Notes under the pieces: model-generated
Database searches by the model: none
What the model saw: the letters and a program-made list of their open reading frames with translations, nothing else
What the model was told of the DNA's origin: nothing
Shown: piece by piece, positions 24,130 to 37,911 of the stretch
Numbering within the stretch: position 1 is the first letter of the stretch
Layout of the letters: the number at the start of each line of letters is the position of its first letter
Origin: Syncephalis fuscata S228
Taxonomy: Eukaryota; Fungi; Zoopagomycota
Direction of reading: 5' to 3'
Assembly (NCBI GenBank): GCA_025786725.1
Contig: JAHLTZ010000009.1
Coordinates: 682,001-746,000, forward strand
DNA: 64,000 nt
Position numbers and translations under genes: made by a program

Positions 24130-26294
24130 TTATAACATAAATGCCCTGTAAGATCCATCGTCATTTGTTCGCCCAATAGCAGTGGTTGATACATAATATT
24201 CTGAAGTAGCCGGAATCCAAGCTTCAAATGGTTTTGGTAATCGCGGTACTTCAATGGGACCTAGAAACTCATTTTCAGCGCCGTTTTTAGTTGGTTGATG
24301 TCTAAGACAAATCGGTGGCATGTAAATACGGCCAGTTTGCATATCAATAAACATCAAATTTCCGCTGGCCTCTATATGTAGTTTACATAGAGATCCAAGA
24401 AAAGGAGTGAGGCTGGATTCGTGCATATAAGCGATCGAACGTAGTAAATTTCCATTTTGAGCATTTAGTACATCAATTGTTTTATAGCTTTGAGCGACGA
24501 TTAGCCTTTTACTGTATAGATTTGTAATAGCACTTTCAAGTATAGGCCGACTCCATAATACATGACCTTTCTCGGAGCTATTAATTGGTAAAAGCTGGCC
24601 ATAATCTCTGGCATCAAATAGTGCTTGTGATGAAGTATTTGATACATCATTTCCGATTACAAAAAACAGAAGCAAAGCATCATGTGGTTCATGCTTACTA
24701 TAGTATGTTTTAACATATGGCTCAGTTATAGTAATTAAGCACATTCTTTCTGTGTACGTCTTGGCCTGAATTGTACCGTTTGGCCAATATGGAATGGCGA
24801 TTTGGTTCGATAATATTTTCTCACTTTGAGGCTGGCCTTTTTGAGCGTTAAATAGCCCCCATTGAATGTATAATGACCGGCTATCACTGTTAGCAGTATG
24901 TGCATCTTGAGTGGCCATGGAAGCAGAAGTAGAGCCAGGTTCTTTGACGTCATGTATTATTGTGCATGTTAGAAACTGGCATTGGTCGTAAGAAGCAAAC
25001 TGAATACAGCCAGATGTACTGTGATTGTCCAATTTTGACCCTTCTATCCATTGATTGCCATCTAAATCAAATATATCAAATCGTTGGTATGGATATTGTG
25101 GATATTTAGTATAAAAAAGTATCCATTCATTATAGGTGTCAGAAAATGCATATTTATCTTTTCTCTCGTTTTGGTGTTCAAGATAAATAACGTTAGGTGA
25201 TGAGTTACCAGCAGTACGCCACACTAAAACGGCTCTCCTCTCGCTACTTTTTTGTTTATTTGAAAATGCAATTGTCGAGTATACAGTAAATTGTTAATCC
25301 AAATTAATAAAAAGTTTTACATTTGGTTTTATAACTTACAGGCTGTCTAACTCCTTTACATCGACTATTTTCAATGGCATTAATAAATATTTGATATAAT
25401 TATTAGTATTAATAATTACTAGTTACCTATTGGATCCCCAGGTGCTATAATCTTCACTTCATTGTATGTATGTATCCAAACTTCAGCCACAACAAACCGA
25501 CGCATTGCATAGCCATCAAGAAAGCTATATCGGACACAGTTATTTGCCGACAGTAAAGGAATGTTTAGCTTTTTCCATGGCAGTTTTTTATTTTTGTGTT
25601 TATTTTTATTGCTAAAGACATCGTGCTGAATTACCCAAAGACTATCGCTATCATGGTCCAATGCCAATGCACCCCAAGAATTTATGTCGTGTAAATACAG
25701 GTCAGGATCTTCATCAACTACGAATTTGCACTTCTGCTCTTTGAGTCGACCTGTCATAAAATTGTAATTGCTTTGTCGCCGCCGTTGGTAAGCATAAAAC
25801 CATCGAGTAGTATCGAAGTTATAAGTGACCGGTAAATGGCTAGCAGATAATATATATTCATTATCATTATTATCATTATTATAATCACTAGAGTCACTAG
25901 AGTCACTAGAATTATTATAATTACTGTAATCACCGCAATCACTATAATTATTATAATCACTGTAATCATCATCACTATCAACAGTGTTGCTAATGGGTGA
26001 TAATAAACGTTTTCGTTTTTTCCTATTTAAATTGGGCGTAGACTCTTTTGATTTTATCGTAAAATTAATTCGCCAGTTATACCATGTAAGCCATTCTTGT
26101 TCACGCCGATCGCCCAGACAAAACCTTCGTCTATATTGTCGTTCCCAATGACTAGGCGGATTTGTTATTGTCTGGTGAATAAGCTGACAGCTGTTGGTAA
26201 AAAGTACTAGCTCCTTGGCTTCCATAAAGCGAGATAAATACAATAAAACGTCACGGTTTTGCCATAAACGTTTATTATGAGTACCTAAAGACAT
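24130..26294 (-). CDS. F-box-like protein with beta-rich C-terminal region (probably a lineage-expanded family)
   Basis: N-terminal LWQNRDVLLYLSRFMEAKELVLFTNSCQLIHQTI...HWERQYRRRF. ORFs 25419-26294 and 24130-25224 are linked by short introns (donor near 25427). Confidence 0.65.
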
Positions 26295-26864
26295 GACTGA
26301 CTAGTAATAATTGTGCAAAAAGTGCTATATGATTGACAAGGCAAACAATAGTGAAAAGAAAAAGAAAAAACATGCGCAAATATAAGCAGTTTTGCTCTAT
26401 TTACAGCACAGCGGTAACACAAATACATATACCTTTTTTGTCTTTTTATTCAAATGCTAAGGCTCCACGACAGCTAACACCAATGTACATAATCCATCAT
26501 ACTTTGTGAGTGGATCATTTATTTACCAAGTGATATAAAAGCTTATTTTCTGGCTTAATATCTGCTATTACCATGAGTAATTATAAATGATTGGTTTTCC
26601 ACATTAAAGAATAGCGATTTACGCATTTTTATCTTGTTATAAGCATTGTATTTTACTTACGCAAACAATAGCTATATAATCAATTGATTTTGATTATTAA
26701 TAACGTATACAGTTATATTCAACTTGTACTTTTACACACTTTTAGATGTTCACAATTGCTATAGTGTTTTTATAGTATCATTATAACTCATTGCTCTGAT
26801 ATTTACCAATTTATTAACAATCTAATATGATTTGGAATTAAAGAGCTGCATTTGATGTCATTCG

Positions 26865-27670
26865 AGTAATTGAGCTAGACATTTGTTTTGTTTGGCATGG
26901 AGCCAAGTGGTAAACGGCATCAATCATTAAAACACTCATCATAAATTGCTATCTTGTATGCATATATCCTCTATCCACCTATATATTCCGTCATACATCA
27001 GCATTTCTATGTGGCATAGAATTATATACTAGACACATTCTATTATTTATACGTTTCTATGCGCTTCACTTATTGTACTCATTGCGCTATATGCATTATA
27101 GCATCGACATCATTTTATATGCTTTACCATTGCATATTCATTCTATACTCATTTAGCTATGCTCTATCCAAGTGCGTTTTACTTTTGTCTTGGCTTTATT
27201 ATTAATAAATAGCAACTAATTTCACTTTTTTGCTCATTGATCTATATCGATAGAACAAACAATACAAGTATCTGTAAAGCTATTACTTTATTAAAAGTGC
27301 TTATCAAATTACATATTAATAGCCAATTAGTGCTGAGTTGTTTAGGGTCAATTGATTATAACTTCGATGGTATCTAAGCCAAATAATGGTGCATACATAA
27401 GAAAAACAGGTTTTAAAATTGGTATGAAAGTGAAATAAACTAGGAATAAAGTCAGCATAGACAGTAATAATGCAATACTGCGCAAATCTAATAATGTAGT
27501 GGTATTTGCAAAAGAGGATATATGCACACTGGATAATAAATCTACAATAACAAATATTCTGGTGGCTGATGTCGTTCATTACCCAGTTCCATGGTCAATA
27601 GAGCAAACATCTAGTTTAATTATGCAAATATTATAGAATATAATTGTTTAACCACCAAATGATTATGCAA
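26865..27670. mobile_element. Diverged copy of the long-TIR element family
   Basis: Left end GCATGGAGCCAAGTGGTAAACGGCATCAATC and right end GATGTCGTTCATTACCCAGTTCCATGGTCAATAG are mutually inverted and align with the 23271 TIR. TATGCATATATCCTC is shared. Confidence 0.6.
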
Positions 27671-28101
27671 TTGTTAATCAACTGTTTAATAGATAACATA
27701 AATTAATTGGTCATTACTATGTTGCAAACACCAATACTTCATTATACTATAACTAACAAAAGCATTGACTCTGTTGCTAATGCTTTTGTACTTTGTCACT
27801 ATGCTTAATTAGTTATAAAACCATTTTACCATTCTATAATAAACGGTATACGATACATTCCAGACTAATATTTATCTCATGATATTAGACTTTATTTAAA
27901 CTAATGACTTGCACCAGTGATTAATTGGTATAATGCGTATCATTAAAATGCGAATTAATATTAACCAGCAATATTTTTGTCGCCGACATTAACAGTAGAT
28001 GATATGTAATACTAAACAAACTAAACAAATTTTCATTCTTCTGATTTCTTTAACTGTGCCAATCACCATTCTTAGGATCATTATTTGATGCCTACTGTAA
28101 A

Positions 28102-29416
28102 TCACACTACCGACAATGTATTGGAGTGTTTACCATTTCCCGATGGTGTAGCTGGTGTGATTTGTATTGTTGACACTGGCTCTGACACTGCAGCCTGCTT
28201 TGGAGCCGGGTCTTTTGCGGGAGGTGACCATCGAAGCGTATATGTAATAATAATGCTAACCGAGAATATTGTTACCAGCATAATATTCCTATAATAGGTT
28301 ACATATTTAAATTAATATAAATGCAATTGTGCATTACCATTCAGTCAACCTACCAGACAAATCCAAACATATCACTGGCCACACCGACCGGCGGTACGGC
28401 TGGTTGAGAATTACGCAAACCAGGAAGCGCAAATAGAATGGCTATACCTACTGACATGTGTGGCGGAGCAACCTCACGGCCACGTACGACAAGCTGCATC
28501 CATAGAATACCAAGGCCCAAGGTAAGGAACCACATTAGCACGCAAATGAACACAGAAAATACCACTGTTGTTGTGGTGCGACGGGTCCGAATGAAGAAAG
28601 ACGCCTCAGTAACCGAGTCGTAAATTACAAATGCTCGGAAGCTAATTGATTGTACAGCACCGTCAAAATGAGCCTTGAAGGGCACAGGGAAATACGCTTT
28701 TGCGGTATCGTTGCCTTGTTCCCGATATACTTTCATGAAGATAAATGCCGGGTATTTGTCAAGTGGATATGCTGCTTGATTTCCGTTTTGGAATGGTATT
28801 TGTAGATCGCGGTTCTCCCTAAATAGATATAATGAGTCAACGGTTATTTATAATCATTATGGTATGGTTTGCCATTAACTTACATTATTTGATTTGCCGA
28901 AAACTTTATTGTTGTCGTACCAAGGGTCACAGTTACAGGTGTGGCCAAAGCAGATGGCGCTGTAAGACCCTCTGCATCTACAATACCGTTTTTCAAAGAC
29001 TTTGTTACAGCACCACGGATCTCTTCTTGCGTTATTGTGGCATTGTTAAGAGCGAAGGTTCCCACAGGTAGAAATGATGCGCGCACTTTTAGAACGCCAT
29101 TGGCAAAATCGGCTCCAGTTGCCCGAAGTAGAATATCGATGAAATTCTCAGCCTCTGAAATTGACGTATCGTTATTATTTACCAAATCACTAATTGGCAT
29201 ATTAAGTTGGTCCGCACGCTGCTCCAGCTTTTTCATATCCGCAAAAAGCGGAGCTCGGTCGACGGAAACACGTCGGCGCACGCTTTCTTCATTATAAGCT
29301 TCGTAGATGGGTACTACAATGATAACGTAGAGAACGCATACCAACAGCATCCAGAGTGCACGACGTATATAATCATGTCGTCGTAGAAAACGTGCTGTCC
29401 GTTTCACCAGCGACAT
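28102..29416 (-). CDS. DUF4436-family membrane protein, 3 exons
   Basis: N-terminal TM, AYPLDKY motif and C-terminal TMs with ILFALPGLRNSQPAVPPVG..D.FGF.W. Confidence 0.75.
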
Positions 29417-30706
29417 GGCTATATTCAATGGTAAATTGTGTGTTGTGAGATTAATTCAAAATCAAGGTGCGAGTAGTTGAGCAAACAGTTGCCACCTTCT
29501 TGGCTATCGTTGTTAAGGACAGCTTGCAGACGAATAACAAATGTTGTATCGATTGACAACAGAAACAATTAATATCAATGCTAAGATGCTTAATATTAAT
29601 GGTGCGAACGAGAAAGGAATATGTGTGTATGAAGTATGGTTGTTCTGCAACGCGGTTTTATATCAGATGCAATAGTGACAAGCGAGGATCCCGTGCTGCC
29701 TTACAAAGTCTCAATAACGATAATTATTCGGAAACAACGCATAAGAATGATACACAATGATAACAACTTGGGCACCATTGTGGGTCACAAGGCACAAAGG
29801 CGACACCGCATGCATAACTAGTACTCACTAATAATTACACAACATGTGGTTGAGACTAATATGGCAAGCATCATTATTTAGTTTGTAGACTTTAATGTTA
29901 ACATACTAAGCTAAGAATTAGTATTATTAATATAACATCATCACCAACGAATGTTTATATCAAATTATTCTTGCTTAATGGCCATTTGACCTTGTTTCAA
30001 ATGTTGTTACACTCTCGCATGGTTTGTTCTGGGTAACCCCCCTTTAGCCAACCCAAAAAAACGTTTTATTGCTGGCAAATGGTTGAATCAATCATAACAG
30101 AAACAGATATGTTACAATTTGCATTGAGGAGTAGTATTTAATCTTTAAATTCAGTCAATTTCCCTGTTATGTTTTACCTTGAATATAACAATGCCAAAAT
30201 ATATTTTGGCAGTTATCACACTATAAGATACACACCATGCTGTGATTTTATATTTGCACATGACATGTACATGATTTGTTCAAACGGGCCTAATGGCGTT
30301 CAGCAATCTCAGTTTACACCAACAGCCCCAATTTCTCAAAAACCAACCAGCATAATAAATTTAGCTAATCCATTAGACTATTAGGCAGCCTTTTGGTAGT
30401 ATTAGCATTATGTGGATTTGGTCACACCATAAGCCATTAAAGTTCCATATGTGATTACGGATGATGCTGACTAAAAGAAAAAGGCGACATTTCAAACAAT
30501 CCTTAGCCCAACGCCGCCTTGTCGCTAACTTGAAACTTGTTGCTTGGCTGTAATTGTAATTCTAGCAAAAACACCATTATTATAGAACAACCTGGATGCA
30601 TTTCTAGTTGTATTGATTAATTTATTCATAGTTTTTCTATCTATAATTTATTGTAATCTGACTTGTATTACCATAATACGATTAATCTACCTTGTTTATT
30701 AATAAT

Positions 30707-31656
30707 CTATTGCATTAATAGTAAATGATTTAATAATACTCTATTGAACATGATGATGGGCGGTGAGTGACATCAATCATCAAATACTCATTATTGTAGA
30801 TTCACTATCCAATATGCATATATCCTCCATTTACTTGCATTATTCCCATTCTATCCCACATTGCTACATATCATTCTACAATACACTAGACACATTATAT
30901 TTGTTATATGCGGCAATACACTTCACTCATTCCACGCATTATAATATATGCATTATAAATCCAATATCAATATTTATACTTTTCCCATTGCATATTCATA
31001 CTATTCTATATCATTCTATACTCACTTAGTCATGTTCTGTCCAAAACTATTTTTATTTTTGCTTTAGCTTTATTATTATAACGTTCAACTAATCTCGTTC
31101 ATTCGCTCATGCATATATGTTTGATGTTGTATATACGCTATAGGGTATATTATTTTATCGTCTAATAGTTACATGTTATTCCGAACTGCAGTCAGTTTAA
31201 ATATATATCGATTGGCTATAAATTGCAATTTATATAAATATACAGCGTTAGTGTTATAGATGGATGGAGGATATATGCATACTAGATAGTAACGAGTATT
31301 TGATCACTGATGTCACTCACCACCCATCATCATGTTCAATATGACAAATGTTATTAAATAAAGCCATTTGACTACCAAGTGACAATGAGATTAAATGAGT
31401 TGATCATTAATAGCTTTCACCACTCGGTCCCGTCTTCAATAAAACAAAAAGCTAGTTTAATAAAGCGAACATTATTGGGTGTAATCATTAAATTGCCACT
31501 ATCACCGCTGTTATGGTATTATTTATATAACTAGAACAGCCATATACTTTGCTTTCTCTCTCTGCTGTCACTCTCGTGGTCATTCTAGTATATATCACGG
31601 CTAAAGAAGCGTTATTGTTTTATTCACCTTCTGCTTTTAATTCAAGTCAATAAATC
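30707..31656. repeat. 950-bp inverted repeat, right arm (contains the second TIR element copy, about 30741-31341)
   Basis: Reverse complement of 22957-23906. Confidence 0.95.
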
Positions 31657-31857
31657 GAATAAATATATGCATTTCCATATTGTCATTATTTAAATATAAA
31701 CAAATAAATTATACATGGTAAAATACAATATTCCTAGTTTGAAAAATATAATTTTTAAAACATGTTAAAAGTAATAATCTGATACATCGACGCTTAGCAT
31801 AGCAATAGCGTCATAACATTTGTATTCATATGGTTGACTCTTCTGCATCATTGTCTA

Positions 31858-32892
31858 TCAAGGCCGCCGTGGACTTCTAGAACGATTAGGTGAACGCGAT
31901 CGAGAATAGGATGGACTGCGACCCCGCCGTCTATTATTATTTGGACTAGGACTATTGCTACGACGACGAGGCCTGCCTCTTGGTGATCCAGGCGACCTCG
32001 AGCTACTTATTGACCGACTATAGGATCGGCGGCGATAGTGGTAGTTACCCGGACTACGTGAGCGTGCATTGCGTACATTCGATTGATTTTGCTCATAGGG
32101 CCGATAAGCATCGCCGCCACCACCACCACGATACCGTCCATTACGAAAACGATTATACCGTGATGGATAATAACTGTCACGGCCACCGCCTCTTGCGTTA
32201 TAGCCACCACCATAAGATCGCGATGGAGGAGACCGTCCTCGATAATCATTACCGCCACCTCTTCCATCACGCAAGGATGCAGACAATGGACCCGATACGG
32301 AATGACTATAACTATTCGATGCCAGAGCAGATCGATAAAGAGTGACCACCAGCTCAACACCATCTAACTGCCCACCATGCATATACTCAATCGCCTTTTC
32401 AGCATCAGCCATCTTTTCATACTCGATTACCGCCTGTCCCCGATGGATATTCAGTCGCTCGACGCGCTGAAGCTCAACCGTGCGTATCGAGCCATAGGCG
32501 CCAAATATCTCTTTCAGATGGTCTTCCGTCACATTAATCGTCAGTTTGTTTACATTAATGGCCGGTCTAGGTGGCGGGGACCGCGAGCGGGAACGGGAGT
32601 GTGATCGCGATTGCGAAATAGATCGTGAAAAGGACCGATCGCGTGAGTAGCGTCGTCGACGTGGTCGACCACGCGACTGAGAACGAGGCGGTGAACGGCT
32701 CCGACTAAAGGAGCGCGATAACGAGCGCGATCTAGAACGCGATGAGAATGATCGTGATGATCGCGACATAGATCGCGACCGTGAACGCGATACTGATACA
32801 GGACGTGGCCTATTCAAGCAAAATAAAATGAATCAATTCTAGTATATATATATATATATATATACAATATACATAAAGGCATCGACTTACAT
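31858..32892 (-). CDS. RNPS1: RNA-binding protein with serine-rich domain (SR/RRM, EJC/ASAP-associated)
   Basis: RRM INVNKLTINVTEDHLKEIFGAYG...AEKAIEYMHGGQLDG flanked by RS repeats. Start codon apparently split AT|G by intron 32890-32810. Confidence 0.85.
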
Positions 32893-33212
32893 AAGGATAT
32901 ACAAATAGTATTCAAATGAATTACGTCACTACAACACCCTATACACTCGTATATTTATACTACAGTCAGTTAGAATAATACGGCACTATCAGCAATCTTA
33001 AATGGCCGTTACTACAGTATGCATATATTGATGGTGGTGGTGTATTCACAGTCAATCAATAGCCACAACTATAATAGATGAATAGACTGATAGATGGATG
33101 GATGGATGGATGAATAGATGATGTGTTGGGTAAATAAAGACTTTTTTAGACTTCAACTTATTGACCACTTTGTATAAGTAATTACAAACAGCTATTTGCT
33201 AACTAGCTGGGT

Positions 33213-36200
33213 ATGAGTCGCTTTATCAAGTTAAACAGTATAGTAAGTGGTATTCTATAGTATTCTACATAGAATCCATGCTACTCGTCAATTCATGTTT
33301 TAATAATTACATGTATATCTATAGACGAGTATAGGATGGACGCGTTATCAGTTAGGATCGCGTTATTTTCTCCAACAGTATAAAATACAGTTACGATCAA
33401 ATTATCTGTCATCTAGTTTAAATACACGCTTGTGTTCATTATATTCAACTATTAATGAAATAAATACTAGAAATACTAATGAATTGGCTTCACTTCATCA
33501 ACCTTTACCACCTACCTATGATCCGGTAATTAACTCTACAGAGTATGATATGCTATGTGTTGATATCAACAAACTATATTATAGAAATTAGTAGAACATG
33601 AGTTATATGATTGGTGGGAGCAACAAGGTAATAACGCAAACACATTACATGATAACATATCAACCATATTATTGTATAGGATTATTTACATCCCGTATAT
33701 CATTAAAGAAACAATCGACCTTTTCAATGTTATTGCCACCACCTAATGTAACTGGAGCATTACATATTGGACATGCACTAACTGCGTATATTCAAGTAAT
33801 GTTAATAGCCATTAATATGCAATATAGTATTTATATAATATTAGGATGCGATTGTTCGATGGAAACGAATGCAAGGCGAATCTGTTCAATGGATACCTGG
33901 CACAGATCATGCCAGTATTGCCACACAGACTGTGGTAGAGAAACGGCTATGGCAAGAACAAAAGGTATACTTAATAGACTACTAATTACATTAAATATTG
34001 AGTATGCTAGTAATCAATACTAATCAATAGAAACGAAGAACTGATATGACACGAGATGAATTTCTATCACATGTATGGACATGGAGACAACAATGTGGTG
34101 ATCGTATATTTCATCAATTAGTAAGAGACCAGTCATTGGTATTTATTAATAGACTCATTATTTAATATTAGAAACGGGCTGGTGCTTCATTGGATTGGAC
34201 CCATAGCTATTTTACAATGGATAAGACACGCTCTGAAGCAGTTAGTGCTGCATTCTGTCGACTTTATGATGAAGGATTTATTTATAGAGATACACGACTG
34301 GTCAATTGGTGTTGTGCCCTACGCACTGTCATTTCCGATATCGAAGTGGGTACATCAATTGGTATGATGCTGTAGGACTAATACTGATAACTACTGTAGA
34401 TAGAGTATGAAGAGATTAGTGGTCGTACGCTACTAACACTGCCTAATCACGCATCGCCGTAAGGATCTATCAATTATTACAAGTGTATTATAACATATGG
34501 ATGTAAATAGTGTCGAGTTTGGCGTACTACACTGGTTGGCCTATCCATTAGTAGAAAACCAGTTAGATCGTGTAGATCGTGGTATAAACGAGCTAGTCGT
34601 TGGTACAACACGTATTGAGACAGTGTTAGCCGACTGTGCTCTAGCAGTTCATCCAAACGACGAACGTTATAAGGTAAATACCATGGCTATTCATTATTAT
34701 AACACATTAATTACTATTACTATCAGAGCTATATTGGTCGAAAGGTAAAACATCCTATAACACAGCAACACATTCCAATTATTGCCGATGATCAATTAGT
34801 CGATCCTGAATTTGGTACAGGCATTGTAAAGGTAATCCATTATATTAATTTATCTATTACATTTAATACAATCTATTAATAGATCACACCTGCCCATGAT
34901 CCAAATGATTATGCCTGTGCACGTCGACATCAATTACCCATAGTCAATATATTCAATCTAGATGGCACATTAAATGAACAATGTCACATACCAGAACTAG
35001 TGGCAAGTTACCATTAATATATTTGTCTATTACATTCATTAATTCTATGGCTATTATTATTAGAATAAAAATCGATTTGAAGTAAGATCTGTACTGTTGG
35101 AACAGTATAAACAACAAGGCTATTATCGCGGTGCTGATACACATCATGTAACACGTATTGGTCGGTGTTCACGTACAGGTGACATTATTGAACCTATGAT
35201 AAGACCACAATGGCAAGTACTGGAATATCTAATAGTGATAATGAATACATACGAATATTTACATCTAACATAACTATACAGGTATATCAAATGTACAGCG
35301 ATGGCTCAACAAGTATTAGATCAATTAGATCAAAAATCAAATGATCCTCAGTCATTAAATAGCCAAAATACTTATCAAATCATACCGAGTCATTATGAAG
35401 TGGAATGGCGACGATGGCTAGGCAAGTAACTATTTAGTTGGTTGTTTATAGTATTTACCAGTAACTATAGACCATATTCATGATTGGTGTGTATCTCGTC
35501 AATTATGGTGGGGACATCGTATACCTGCTTATAAAATAGTAATGCATCAAGGATCCAAGTCAAATAGCGATGAAAATAATGATGCAAAGGGTAATAGACT
35601 CTAATAATGTTAATTATAGCTTACTAATACATTTATTAGATATTTGGGTAGTGGCCAATACACTAATAGAGGCTCAAAGTAAAGCCACTGTTAGATTAGC
35701 TGAATTAGGCCATGATATAGCAAGTATATCATTTGAACTACATCAAGTAAGTAGAACAATAGAAATATTAACAATACACTATTATTAATATTAATATTAA
35801 TATTAGGACCATGATGTACTTGATACATGGTTTTCTTCCGGACTGTTACCATTATCGGGATTAGGATGGACAGGCAACACATCTTCTATACCAGTAATTA
35901 TCTATTATTGAATGTATTTAATTATAACGACATTCATATGATTAATTATTAGAATAACTATCCATTAAATTTAATGGAAACGGGTAGCGATATTCTATTC
36001 TTTTGGGTAGCTCGAATGGCCATGTTATGTACCCATTTAACAGGTGGTGTATTTCCCTTTAATGTCATTACTCTCCATCCCATGGTAAGTATAGTATCTA
36101 GTTACGATTTAATACTAATTAAATGTTATGACTATTAATGATAGGTACGAGATGCACAAGGCCGTAAAATGTCCAAATCACTTGGTAATGTTATTGATCC

Positions 36201-37885
36201 ATTACATGTTATTGATGGACAATCATGGCAACAATTAAAAACAAGTATTGAACGAGGCAATCTACCCGAAAAAGAAAAGAAAAGGTACTGGTTATGGTTA
36301 ATATATTTTAATAATTACTTATTTATACAATAATGTATTATGGTAGGAGTATTGGTATGATGAAACAGCAATTTCCTAATGGTATTCCAGCCTGTGGATC
36401 GGATGCACTTCGACTCTCATTACTACTAGCCACACAACAAGTATGTTCATTCTTATTACTCTATTTATTAGTTAGATGATTAAGACTAATTTGTATTTGT
36501 TATTGATTGATAGACACGGCAGATTAATATGGATATTAATAATGTGATATCTGCAAATCATTTTGCCAACAAATTATGGAATCTTACTAAATTAACACTA
36601 TCACGACTTGACCTCTTATTAGATGATCATCATACTAACCCAGTCGATGTCATTGACTATCAACAAAGAGTTCAAACAAATGGACACTCTTTATTAAGCC
36701 AATATATATTGTCACGTCTAGCCCATACTACGACATTGGTTGACAATTCATTAAAACAACTGAATCTTTCAGATGCTACAGATGCTATAAAGCGGTTTAT
36801 ACTCGATGATCTATGTGACACGTTTGTAGAATATATAAAGCCTACACTCTATCATAAAGATCCACAGGTAAATGGATCAATTATAAATATTAATTTATTA
36901 ATTGCTCATCTATGGAGCAATAGATACAATGGACCGAACTATCCACCCTACTCTATACACTTGAAGTGTCACTTCGTCTACTGCATCCTATGATGCCATT
37001 TATTACCGAAGTAAGTATTTAATCTGGTAGATCAATAGACCATTAACACTATTAATATGTATAGCGATTATGGCAACAATTACAATACCGACTCCATCCA
37101 CAATCTATATCATCTATTATGATAGCACCTTATCCAAATCCAATAGACTTTTTATTGTTTGCTAACAAGCATGCCGAACGTGATCTACAGGTAACATTAA
37201 TCCAATAGTTATAATAGCCATACTTAATGTTATTACTAGTTAATACGCAGTGTTGTCCACGCATCACGTTCACTACGACAAACACATTTTATTTCAATAT
37301 CTGAACCACTACCATTTATGGTGTGGATGCCAGAAATGACCTCTAGTCATCCATTAACTAGAAACCATATAGCTATACAAAACTTTATTAATGCCCCATC
37401 ACTCTCCCTTATATCGAATGAGGTAAATAACTATAATAGTAACTATTCAACATACTAATATATATGTATGTATATGTATATGTATATGATGTATATGTAT
37501 ATGTATATGATGTAGATGCTATGTAATAATGAAGCGTTAAAGACCCAATTACATCAACAATCAGTAGTAGCATCTATAAGAGCAGATCTAAAGGTGTACC
37601 TACCTGTAACATCTATTCCGGATCGATTACGAGTTATTAGTCGATTTGAACAGAAACTCAGCAAAATACATAGAGAATTAGGTAAAATTGAAATGAGAAT
37701 GAATAAATTAGAATACACAACCCGTGTACCACTCTCCATTAGAGAAACCGACGAGTAAGTACTATGTTATAACTAATCATCATTATAATTTATATATGTA
37801 TAATAGACAACAATTAAAGCTACTCAAAGTACAACAACACGATCTAGATCATAGTATCCGACTATTACAGCAATCTAATGAATGA
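33213..37885 (+). CDS. VARS2: Valyl-tRNA synthetase, probably mitochondrial type, more than 20 exons
   Basis: [51 protein letters not shown] and RKMSKSLGN; basic N-terminal extension. Confidence 0.92.
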
Positions 37886-37911
37886 TTACCGTAATAACAA
37901 CACGCCTACTA

